Source: Escherichia coli
GTDB taxonomy: Bacteria > Pseudomonadota > Gammaproteobacteria > Enterobacterales > Enterobacteriaceae
Length of the DNA: 64,000 bases
NCBI RefSeq assembly: GCF_013122565.1
Contig: NZ_CP053258.1
Strand: one strand, 5' to 3'
In this document: positions 55,129 to 64,000 of the stretch, piece after piece
How the letters are laid out: every line of letters starts with the position of its first letter
Numbering within the stretch: the first letter of the stretch is position 1
Translations under genes and position numbers: made by a program
Notes under the pieces: model-generated
What the model was told of the DNA's origin: nothing
Database searches by the model: none
What the model saw: the letters and a program-made list of their open reading frames with translations, nothing else

Positions 55129-56772
55129 ATGCGCCAGGTATTATCGTCTCTTTTGGTGATTGCTGGACTTGTGAGTGGTCAGGCAATCGCCGCGCCTGAA
55201 TCCCCCCCGCATGCTGATATCCGCGACAGCGGTTTTGTCTATTGCGTCAGCGGGCAAGTCAACACCTTTAACCCATCCAAAGCGAGCAGTGGGTTAATTG
55301 TCGATACCCTTGCCGCCCAGTTTTATGATCGACTGCTGGATGTCGATCCCTATACCTATCGCCTGATGCCGGAACTTGCCGAAAGCTGGGAAGTACTCGA
55401 CAACGGCGCGACCTATCGCTTCCACCTGCGTCGCGATGTTCCGTTTCAAAAAACCGACTGGTTTACTCCCACTCGTAAAATGAATGCCGACGATGTGGTG
55501 TTTTCCTTCCAGCGAATTTTTGACCGCAACAACCCGTGGCATAACGTCAACGGCAGCAACTTCCCCTACTTCGACAGCCTGCAATTTGCCGATAACGTGA
55601 AAAGCGTCCGTAAACTGGATAATCATACCGTTGAGTTCCGTCTGGCTCAGCCGGATGCTTCTTTTTTGTGGCACCTCGCAACCCATTATGCTTCGGTCAT
55701 GTCGGCAGAATATGCCCGGAAGTTAGAGAAAGAAGATCGCCAGGAGCAACTCGACCGTCAACCGGTCGGCACTGGACCGTATCAGTTGTCGGAATACCGC
55801 GCCGGGCAATTTATTCGCCTACAACGTCATGATGACTTCTGGCGCGGTAAACCGTTAATGCCGCAGGTGGTGGTGGATTTAGGCTCCGGCGGCACCGGAC
55901 GTCTGTCGAAACTCCTGACCGGGGAATGCGACGTTCTGGCCTGGCCTGCTGCCAGCCAGCTATCCATTTTGCGTGACGACCCGCGCTTGCGTTTAACGCT
56001 GCGTCCTGGGATGAACGTCGCCTATCTGGCATTTAACACCGCCAAACCGCCGCTAAATAATCCCGCTGTCCGCCATGCGCTGGCACTGGCGATTAATAAC
56101 CAGCGCCTGATGCAATCCATCTATTATGGTACGGCTGAAACGGCGGCCTCTATTTTACCGCGCGCCTCGTGGGCCTATGACAACGAGGCTAAAATTACTG
56201 AATACAATCCGGCGAAATCGCGCGAACAGTTGAAGGCGTTGGGGCTGGAAAACTTAACGCTGAAACTGTGGGTGCCAACACGTTCGCAGGCGTGGAACCC
56301 CAGTCCACTGAAAACCGCCGAACTGATTCAGGCGGATATGGCGCAGGTTGGCGTAAAAGTGGTGATTGTGCCGGTAGAAGGTCGCTTTCAGGAGGCGCGG
56401 TTGATGGATATGAGCCATGATCTGACGTTATCCGGTTGGGCGACGGACAGTAACGACCCGGACAGTTTCTTCCGTCCGTTACTGAGCTGCGCAGCAATTC
56501 ATTCACAGACCAACCTCGCCCACTGGTGCGATCCGAAATTCGACAGCGTATTGCGTAAGGCGCTCTCCTCGCAGCAACTGGCGGCGCGCATTGAAGCCTA
56601 TGACGAAGCGCAGAGTATTCTGGCGCAGGAATTGCCCATTTTGCCGCTGGCGTCGTCATTGCGTTTGCAGGCCTATCGGTACGATATCAAAGGTCTGGTA
56701 CTTAGCCCGTTTGGTAACGCCTCCTTTGCTGGGGTGTATCGCGAGAAACAGGATGAGGTGAAAAAACCATGA
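55129..56772 (+). CDS. sapA: Peptide ABC transporter periplasmic binding protein SapA (547 aa)
   Basis: Signal peptide [24 protein letters not shown] family 5. Confidence 0.92.
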   Translation: MRQVLSSLLVIAGLVSGQAIAAPESPPHADIRDSGFVYCVSGQVNTFNPSKASSGLIVDTLAAQFYDRLLDVDPYTYRLMPELAESWEVLDNGATYRFHLRRDVPFQKTDWFTPTRKMNADDVVFSFQRIFDRNNPWHNVNGSNFPYFDSLQFADNVKSVRKLDNHTVEFRLAQPDASFLWHLATHYASVMSAEYARKLEKEDRQEQLDRQPVGTGPYQLSEYRAGQFIRLQRHDDFWRGKPLMPQVVVDLGSGGTGRLSKLLTGECDVLAWPAASQLSILRDDPRLRLTLRPGMNVAYLAFNTAKPPLNNPAVRHALALAINNQRLMQSIYYGTAETAASILPRASWAYDNEAKITEYNPAKSREQLKALGLENLTLKLWVPTRSQAWNPSPLKTAELIQADMAQVGVKVVIVPVEGRFQEARLMDMSHDLTLSGWATDSNDPDSFFRPLLSCAAIHSQTNLAHWCDPKFDSVLRKALSSQQLAARIEAYDEAQSILAQELPILPLASSLRLQAYRYDIKGLVLSPFGNASFAGVYREKQDEVKKP

Positions 56773-57734
56773 TTATCTTCACCTTACGCCGCATTTTGTT
56801 ATTGATTGTCACCTTGTTCCTGCTGACCTTCGTTGGCTTCAGCTTGAGCTATTTCACTCCACACGCGCCGTTACAAGGCGCGTCACTGTGGAATGCCTGG
56901 GTGTTCTGGTTTAACGGTCTGATCCACTGGGATTTTGGTGTTTCCAGTATTAACGGTCAACCGATTGCCGAACAGTTAAAAGAGGTCTTCCCGGCGACGA
57001 TGGAACTGTGCATACTCGCCTTCGGTTTTGCGCTGATTGTTGGCATCCCCGTAGGGATGATTGCCGGGATTACGCGCCATAAGTGGCAGGATAACTTGAT
57101 CAACGCCATCGCCTTACTGGGTTTTTCCATCCCGGTGTTCTGGCTGGCGCTTCTGTTGACGCTGTTTTGTTCACTCACGCTAGGTTGGTTGCCCGTTTCA
57201 GGGCGTTTCGATCTGCTCTACGAAGTGAAACCGATTACCGGTTTTGCGTTGATTGATGCCTGGCTTTCGGACTCACCATGGCGGGATGAAATGGTCATGA
57301 GCGCAATCCGCCATATGATATTGCCCGTGATCACCCTGTCGGTTGCGCCAACAACTGAAGTGATCCGCCTGATGCGTATCAGCACTATCGAAGTGTATGA
57401 CCAGAACTATGTTAAAGCGGCGGCGACCCGCGGTTTGTCACGCTTTACTATTTTGCGTCGCCATGTTCTGCATAACGCGTTACCTCCGGTTATTCCTCGC
57501 CTGGGCTTACAGTTTTCTACCATGCTGACGCTGGCGATGATCACCGAAATGGTTTTTAGCTGGCCGGGTTTAGGGCGCTGGTTAATTAACGCCATCCGCC
57601 AGCAGGATTACGCAGCCATTTCCGCCGGAGTGATGGTGTGTGGCTCACTGGTTATTATTGTTAACGTGATTTCTGATATTTTGGGTGCCATGGCTAACCC
57701 TCTGAAACATAAGGAATGGTATGCCTTACGATAG
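56769..57734 (+). CDS. sapB: Peptide ABC transporter permease SapB (321 aa)
   Basis: DppB-like permease; 4-nt overlap with sapA. Confidence 0.92.
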   Translation: MIIFTLRRILLLIVTLFLLTFVGFSLSYFTPHAPLQGASLWNAWVFWFNGLIHWDFGVSSINGQPIAEQLKEVFPATMELCILAFGFALIVGIPVGMIAGITRHKWQDNLINAIALLGFSIPVFWLALLLTLFCSLTLGWLPVSGRFDLLYEVKPITGFALIDAWLSDSPWRDEMVMSAIRHMILPVITLSVAPTTEVIRLMRISTIEVYDQNYVKAAATRGLSRFTILRRHVLHNALPPVIPRLGLQFSTMLTLAMITEMVFSWPGLGRWLINAIRQQDYAAISAGVMVCGSLVIIVNVISDILGAMANPLKHKEWYALR

Positions 57735-58611
57735 CGTATACAGCGAAAAGCGCCCGCCGGGCACGCTGCGTACCGCCTGGCGCAAATTTTATAGTGACGC
57801 CTCTGCGATGGTCGGTCTGTACGGCTGCGCGGGGCTGGCTGTACTGTGTATTTTTGGCGGCTGGTTTGCGCCTTACGGCATCGACCAGCAATTTCTCGGT
57901 TACCAATTATTGCCGCCGTCATGGTCGCGCTATGGCGAAGTTTCTTTCTTTCTGGGGACTGACGACCTCGGACGCGATGTTTTAAGCCGTTTACTGAGCG
58001 GAGCTGCGCCAACCGTGGGTGGCGCATTTGTGGTGACGCTTGCCGCGACGATCTGTGGCCTGGTACTGGGCACCTTCGCCGGGGCAACGCACGGCCTACG
58101 ATCAGCAGTGCTTAACCATATTCTGGATACCTTACTGGCGCTCCCTTCCCTGCTGTTGGCAATTATCGTTGTAGCGTTTGCCGGACCGAGTTTGTCCCAC
58201 GCCATGTTTGCTGTCTGGCTGGCATTGCTGCCGCGTATGGTACGTTCGATTTACAGCATGGTGCATGACGAACTGGAAAAAGAGTACGTTATCGCCGCCC
58301 GTCTGGATGGCGCATCAACGCTGAATATTCTCTGGTTTGCTGTGATGCCAAACATCACCGCCGGGCTGGTCACCGAGATCACCCGCGCACTGTCGATGGC
58401 AATTCTCGATATCGCCGCGCTGGGCTTTCTCGATCTCGGCGCACAACTCCCCTCGCCTGAATGGGGAGCGATGCTCGGTGATGCGCTGGAACTGATTTAT
58501 GTCGCCCCGTGGACTGTCATGCTGCCAGGTGCGGCAATTATGATTAGCGTGCTGTTGGTTAACCTCCTTGGCGACGGTGTCCGTCGTGCAATTATTGCGG
58601 GGGTGGAATAA
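57721..58611 (+). CDS. sapC: Peptide ABC transporter permease SapC (296 aa)
   Basis: DppC-like permease. Confidence 0.92.
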
Positions 58612-59603
58612 TGCCATTACTCGATATTCGTAACCTGACCATTGAATTTAAAACCGGGGATGAGTGGGTTAAGGCAGTTGACCGCGTAAGCATGACCTTA
58701 ACCGAAGGTGAAATCCGCGGTCTTGTTGGCGAATCCGGCTCCGGCAAAAGTTTGATTGCGAAAGCGATTTGTGGGGTGAATAAAGATAACTGGCGTGTTA
58801 CTGCTGACCGTATGCGTTTTGATGATATCGATTTGCTGCGTCTCTCCGCACGCGAACGACGCAAGCTGGTTGGTCACAACGTGTCGATGATTTTCCAGGA
58901 ACCGCAGTCGTGTCTTGATCCTTCAGAACGAGTGGGTCGCCAGTTGATGCAAAACATCCCAGCCTGGACCTATAAAGGCCGTTGGTGGCAGCGTTTTGGC
59001 TGGCGCAAACGCCGTGCCATTGAACTGCTGCACCGCGTGGGGATTAAAGATCACAAAGATGCGATGCGCAGTTTTCCCTATGAGTTGACCGAAGGTGAAT
59101 GTCAGAAAGTGATGATAGCCATTGCACTGGCGAATCAACCGCGTCTGCTGATTGCTGACGAACCGACCAACTCAATGGAGCCAACAACCCAGGCGCAAAT
59201 CTTTCGCCTGCTGACGCGTCTCAACCAAAACAGCAATACCACTATTTTGCTTATCAGCCATGACTTACAAATGCTTAGCCAATGGGCGGATAAAATTAAC
59301 GTGCTTTACTGCGGTCAAACGGTGGAAACCGCGCCGAGTAAGGAGTTGGTGACGATGCCACATCATCCTTATACCCAGGCGCTGATCCGCGCGATACCAG
59401 ACTTCGGCAGCGCGATGCCGCATAAAAGTCGCCTCAATACGTTGCCCGGCGCTATCCCACTGCTGGAACAGTTACCGATTGGTTGTCGTCTGGGGCCACG
59501 TTGCCCGTATGCACAACGAGAATGCATTGTGACGCCACGTTTGACGGGGGCGAAAAATCATCTCTATGCCTGTCATTTCCCGCTGAACATGGAGAAAGAG
59601 TGA
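58611..59603 (+). CDS. sapD: Peptide ABC transporter ATP-binding protein SapD (330 aa)
   Basis: Walker A GESGSGKS. Confidence 0.92.
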
Positions 59604-59604
59604 G

Positions 59605-60411
59605 ATGATCGAAACGTTGCTTGAAGTGCGTAATTTAAGTAAAACGTTCCGCTACCGGACCGGCTGGTTTCGTCGTCAAACCGTAGAAGCGGTAAAACCC
59701 TTGAGCTTTACGCTACGTGAAGGCCAGACACTGGCGATTATCGGCGAGAATGGTTCGGGTAAATCGACGCTGGCAAAAATGCTGGCGGGAATGATAGAAC
59801 CTACCAGCGGCGAGTTATTGATTGACGATCATCCGCTGCATTTTGGCGATTATTCCTTCCGTAGTCAGCGTATTCGCATGATTTTTCAGGATCCTTCGAC
59901 CTCGTTGAATCCCCGTCAACGTATCTCGCAAATCCTGGATTTTCCACTGCGTCTGAACACCGACCTGGAACCGGAACAGCGTCGTAAACAGATTATTGAA
60001 ACGATGCGTATGGTTGGGCTGCTACCGGATCACGTCAGTTACTATCCGCATATGTTGGCCCCCGGGCAAAAACAGCGTCTGGGTCTGGCGCGCGCGCTGA
60101 TATTGCGCCCAAAAGTCATTATTGCCGATGAAGCCCTCGCCTCACTGGATATGTCGATGCGTTCGCAGTTGATTAATCTGATGCTGGAGTTACAGGAAAA
60201 ACAGGGCATTTCGTATATTTATGTTACCCAGCATATCGGAATGATGAAGCACATTAGCGACCAGGTGCTGGTGATGCATCAGGGCGAGGTTGTCGAGCGA
60301 GGCAGCACCGCGGATGTGCTGGCATCACCGCTGCATGAACTCACCAAACGGCTGATTGCCGGGCATTTTGGCGAAGCATTAACAGCGGATGCGTGGCGTA
60401 AAGATCGCTAA
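59605..60411 (+). CDS. sapF: Peptide ABC transporter ATP-binding protein SapF (268 aa)
   Basis: Walker A GENGSGKST. Confidence 0.92.
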   Translation: MIETLLEVRNLSKTFRYRTGWFRRQTVEAVKPLSFTLREGQTLAIIGENGSGKSTLAKMLAGMIEPTSGELLIDDHPLHFGDYSFRSQRIRMIFQDPSTSLNPRQRISQILDFPLRLNTDLEPEQRRKQIIETMRMVGLLPDHVSYYPHMLAPGQKQRLGLARALILRPKVIIADEALASLDMSMRSQLINLMLELQEKQGISYIYVTQHIGMMKHISDQVLVMHQGEVVERGSTADVLASPLHELTKRLIAGHFGEALTADAWRKDR

Positions 60412-60438
60412 TTTTCTGAATCCTCCTTCCAGATTATC

Positions 60439-60481
60439 CACCTCATTCTGACAAGAGATTAAATCTTGTCAGAATGAGGTG
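60439..60481. other. Perfect 18-bp-stem hairpin overlapping the ycjD start codon
   Basis: cacctcattctgacaaga / gattaaa loop / tcttgtcagaatgaggtg; right arm contains the SD-like aggtg and the GTG start at 60479. Confidence 0.6.
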
Positions 60482-60832
60482 ATGGATAAAATAAAATCAA
60501 ATGCGCGTGATTTAAGACGCAATCTCACTTTACAGGAACGAAAGCTCTGGCGATATCTTCGCAGCCGACGTTTTGGTGATTTCAAATTTCGCCGTCAACA
60601 TCCGGTGGGGAGCTACATTCTCGATTTTGCTTGCTGCTCGGCGCGTGTAGTCGTTGAGCTGGATGGTGGGCAGCATGATTTGGCAGTTGCCTATGATTCC
60701 AGGCGCACTAGCTGGCTTGAGTCGCAGGGCTGGACCGTGCTGCGTTTCTGGAATAACGAGATTGATTGTAATGAGGAGACGGTGCTGGAGATTATTCTGC
60801 AGGAACTGAACCGCCGGTCACCCTCACCCTGA
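60479..60832 (+). CDS. ycjD: DUF559 protein (Vsr-like endonuclease fold), YcjD (117 aa)
   Basis: ORF MMDKIKSNARDLRRNLTLQERKLW...; start GTG 60479 or ATG 60482; last four codons (SPSP) lie inside the downstream repeat. Confidence 0.8.
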   Translation: MMDKIKSNARDLRRNLTLQERKLWRYLRSRRFGDFKFRRQHPVGSYILDFACCSARVVVELDGGQHDLAVAYDSRRTSWLESQGWTVLRFWNNEIDCNEETVLEIILQELNRRSPSP

Positions 60833-61040
60833 AAGGGCGAGGGGGCCGACCGAGCCGAATAGCTGTTGTGGTGAAAACATGGAGACAGTGCTGGAGAATA
60901 TTCGGCAAGGTCTGAACCATCCCAGCCATCGCCATAAAAGGGTTAGGGGCTGTATGAGCCTGTTTGTTGCTGGGGTAACAATATTTGCACAATACGGTCC
61001 CCTCGCCCCTCTGGGGAGAGGGTTAGGGTGAGGGGAAAAG
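60817..61040. repeat. Composite intergenic repeat: imperfect inverted repeats rich in GAGGG/CCCTC flanking a degenerate copy of the ycjD 3-prime end
   Basis: Left arm tcaccctcaccctgaaagggcgaggggg (60817-60845); right arm cccctcgcccctctggggagagggttagggtgagggg (60999-61035); between them ggagacagtgctggagaatattcggcaaggtctgaacc resembles ycjD 60775-60812 (about 31 of 38 nt). Confidence 0.55.
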
Positions 61041-61199
61041 CGCCCACCCTGCCGCAGCCTGCTCCGGTCGGACCTGGCAACTATAGCTACTCACAGCCAG
61101 GTTGATTATAATAACCGTTTATCTGTTCGTACTGTTTACTAAAACGACGAATCGCCTGATTTTCAGGCACAACAAGCATCAACAATAAGGATTAAAGCT

Positions 61200-61988
61200 A
61201 TGGGTTTTCTTTCCGGTAAGCGCATTCTGGTAACCGGTGTTGCCAGCAAACTGTCCATCGCCTACGGTATCGCTCAGGCGATGCACCGCGAAGGAGCTGA
61301 ACTGGCATTCACCTACCAGAACGACAAACTGAAAGGCCGCGTAGAAGAATTTGCCGCTCAATTGGGTTCTGACATCGTTCTGCAGTGCGATGTTGCCGAA
61401 GATGCCAGCATCGACACCATGTTCGCTGAACTGGGGAAAGTTTGGCCGAAGTTTGACGGTTTCGTACACTCTATTGGTTTTGCACCTGGCGATCAGCTGG
61501 ATGGTGACTATGTTAACGCCGTTACTCGTGAAGGCTTCAAAATTGCCCACGACATCAGCTCCTACAGCTTCGTTGCAATGGCAAAAGCTTGCCGCTCCAT
61601 GCTGAATCCGGGTTCTGCCCTGCTGACCCTTTCCTACCTTGGCGCTGAGCGCGCTATCCCGAACTACAACGTTATGGGTCTGGCAAAAGCGTCTCTGGAA
61701 GCGAACGTGCGCTATATGGCGAACGCGATGGGTCCGGAAGGTGTGCGTGTTAACGCCATCTCTGCTGGTCCGATCCGTACTCTGGCGGCCTCCGGTATCA
61801 AAGACTTCCGCAAAATGCTGGCTCATTGCGAAGCCGTTACCCCGATTCGCCGTACCGTTACTATTGAAGATGTGGGTAACTCTGCGGCATTCCTGTGCTC
61901 CGATCTATCTGCCGGTATCTCCGGTGAAGTGGTCCACGTGGACGGCGGTTTCAGCATTGCTGCAATGAACGAACTCGAGCTGAAATAA
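61200..61988 (+). CDS. fabI: Enoyl-[acyl-carrier-protein] reductase (NADH) FabI (262 aa)
   Basis: SDR-like fold; N-terminal [20 protein letters not shown]; full-length. Confidence 0.95.
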
Positions 61989-62007
61989 TCGTTCTGTTGG
62001 TAAAGAT

Positions 62008-62040
62008 GGGCGGCGTTCTGCCGCCCGTTATCTCTGTTAT
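62008..62040 (+). terminator. Probable terminator after fabI
   Basis: hairpin gggcggcgttctgccgccc followed by T-rich tract. Confidence 0.5.
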
Positions 62041-62131
62041 ACCTTTCTGATATTTGTTATCGCCGATCCGTCTTTCTCCCCTTCCCGCCTTGCGTCAGGA
62101 TAACGATTTCCTTTACGACCAAGGAGCGCCC

Positions 62132-63259
62132 ATGGAACAACGCCACATCACCGGCAAAAGCCACTGGTATCATGAAACGCAATCCAGTACTACGGAGTAT
62201 GACGTTCTGCCTCTGGTCCCGGAAGCCGCAAAGGTCAGCGATCCCTTTCTACTCGACGTGATCCTTGAAAAAGAAACGCTGGCCCCCTTCCTTTCATGGC
62301 TGGACCCTGCGCGTGTTCTTGCAGTGGATTTGTTCCCTGACCAGCTTACCGTGACCCGTTCACAGACCTTCACCGCTTATGAACGCTTGTCGACGGCCCT
62401 GACGGTTGCTCAGGTTTGCGGCGTCCAGCGGTTATGTAACTACTATTCGGCGCGACTTACGCCGCTCCCCGGGCCTGATTCCACCAGGGAAAGTAATCAT
62501 CGGTTGGCACAAATCACGCAATATGCCCGCCAACTGGCTAGCTCGCCTTCTATTATCGACAACCGATCGCGCCAGCATCTGAATGACGTCGGTCTTACTG
62601 CCTGGGACTGTGTGATCATTAACCAAATCATTGGTTTTATTGGCTTTCAGGCGCGGACAATTGCGACATTTCAGGCTTATCTCGGGCATCCGGTACGCTG
62701 GTTACCCGGGCTGGAGATACAAAACTACGCCGACGCGTCACTGTTTGCTGATGAATCATTACGCTGGCGAAGCAGCTATGAGGTGGAAAAACTACCTGAA
62801 GAGCACACAAAAAGTTCAACTGCAGAACTTTGCCAACTGGCCGAAATACTCTCTCTCCACCCTATTTCACTTTCCCTTCTCGAAAAGTTATTAAACAGCA
62901 CACGGGTCAATACACAGCCGGATAATCAGCTTGCGGCGTTGTTATGCGCGCGTATAAATGGCAGTCCTGCTTGTTTTGCCGCCTGTATGGATTCATCAAA
63001 TGAATATAAAAAAATCAGCCCCCTTCTGCGCAAGGGCGAAAATGAAATTAACCGATGGGCTGACCGTCATTCTGTTGAGCGCGCTACCGTTCAGGCGATA
63101 CAATGGCTGACCCGAGCACCCGATCGCTTTAGCGCCGCCCAGTTCAGCCCTTTACTCGAACACGAAAAATCATCAACGCAGATTATTAATCTGCTGGTAT
63201 GGAGCGGGCTGTGTGGCTGGATAAATCGCTTAAAAATCGCGTTGGGTGAGACATATTAA
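62132..63259 (+). CDS. yciW: YciW, carboxymuconolactone-decarboxylase-like putative oxidoreductase (375 aa)
   Basis: Start at [12 protein letters not shown] with SD aaggag 6 nt upstream; track extension from 62054 rejected. Confidence 0.85.
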   Translation: MEQRHITGKSHWYHETQSSTTEYDVLPLVPEAAKVSDPFLLDVILEKETLAPFLSWLDPARVLAVDLFPDQLTVTRSQTFTAYERLSTALTVAQVCGVQRLCNYYSARLTPLPGPDSTRESNHRLAQITQYARQLASSPSIIDNRSRQHLNDVGLTAWDCVIINQIIGFIGFQARTIATFQAYLGHPVRWLPGLEIQNYADASLFADESLRWRSSYEVEKLPEEHTKSSTAELCQLAEILSLHPISLSLLEKLLNSTRVNTQPDNQLAALLCARINGSPACFAACMDSSNEYKKISPLLRKGENEINRWADRHSVERATVQAIQWLTRAPDRFSAAQFSPLLEHEKSSTQIINLLVWSGLCGWINRLKIALGETY

Positions 63260-63326
63260 CCTTGCCGCGTCAGACAGATTCGCGTAAAACTGTCAGCCGC
63301 TCTAATGGCCACCAAAATAGACAATT

Positions 63327-64000
63327 ATGTTTCAGGACAACCCGCTGCTAGCGCAGCTTAAACAGCAACTGCATTCCCAGACGCCACGCGCTGAAGGGGT
63401 GGTAAAAGCCACAGAAAAAGGCTTTGGCTTCCTGGAAGTCGACGCGCAAAAAAGTTATTTCATTCCGCCGCCGCAGATGAAAAAAGTCATGCATGGCGAC
63501 CGAATTATCGCGGTGATCCACAGTGAAAAAGAACGTGAATCCGCAGAGCCAGAAGAACTGGTTGAACCGTTCCTGACTCGTTTCGTGGGTAAAGTTCAGG
63601 GCAAAAATGACCGTCTGGCCATCGTTCCTGATCATCCACTCTTAAAAGACGCCATTCCTTGCCGCGCAGCCCGTGGCCTGAACCACGAGTTTAAAGAAGG
63701 GGACTGGGCGGTTGCCGAAATGCGCCGTCATCCGCTGAAAGGCGATCGTTCTTTCTATGCTGAACTGACACAATACATCACTTTTGGTGACGACCACTTT
63801 GTACCGTGGTGGGTTACACTTGCGCGCCATAATCTGGAAAAAGAAGCACCAGACGGTGTCGCTACCGAAATGCTCGATGAAGGTCTGGTTCGTGAAGATC
63901 TGACCGCGCTGGATTTTGTCACCATCGACAGTGCCAGCACGGAAGATATGGATGACGCCCTTTTCGCTAAGGCGTTGCCGGATGACAAACTTCAGCTGAT
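63327..64000 (+). CDS. rnb: Exoribonuclease II, 3-prime partial (runs off window end)
   Basis: ATG at 63327 opens [39 protein letters not shown]... (cold-shock/S1-like N-terminal domain), no stop before window end. Confidence 0.88.

Noticed and set aside
60792-60992. 66-aa minus-strand ORF downstream of ycjD
   Set aside because: Lies within the composite GAGGG/CCCTC repeat; repeat-derived open frame with no RBS.

Overview
This window reads as an Escherichia coli-type chromosomal segment (from-memory comparison to K-12, reverse-complemented) running ompN-uspF-ttcA-dbpA-zntB-dgcM-smrA-mcaS-abgRABT-ogt-fnr-uspE-ynaJ-ynaI-mppA-mpaA-ycjG-tpx-[extra gene]-tyrR-ycjF-ycjX-ycjW-ompG-ycjVUTSRQPONM-pspEDCBA-pspF-puuEBCRD-puuAP-ymjA-sapABCDF-ycjD-fabI-yciW-rnb. 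Almost every long ORF matches a known core gene; I corrected several start codons where the ORF track over-extends the N-terminus. The one large element I cannot explain is a roughly 2.2 kb insertion between the convergent tpx and tyrR genes, encoding a single uncharacterised protein of about 680-698 aa; this is my best candidate for the undescribed system. Other differences from the K-12 layout as I recall it: no Rac prophage at ttcA, no IS5 between ynaJ and ynaI, no pgrR/ycjY block between mppA and mpaA, and a full-length ycjV. No CRISPR array, rRNA, tRNA, integrase or transposase was found. All identifications are from reading the sequence and memory of protein families; no database search was run.
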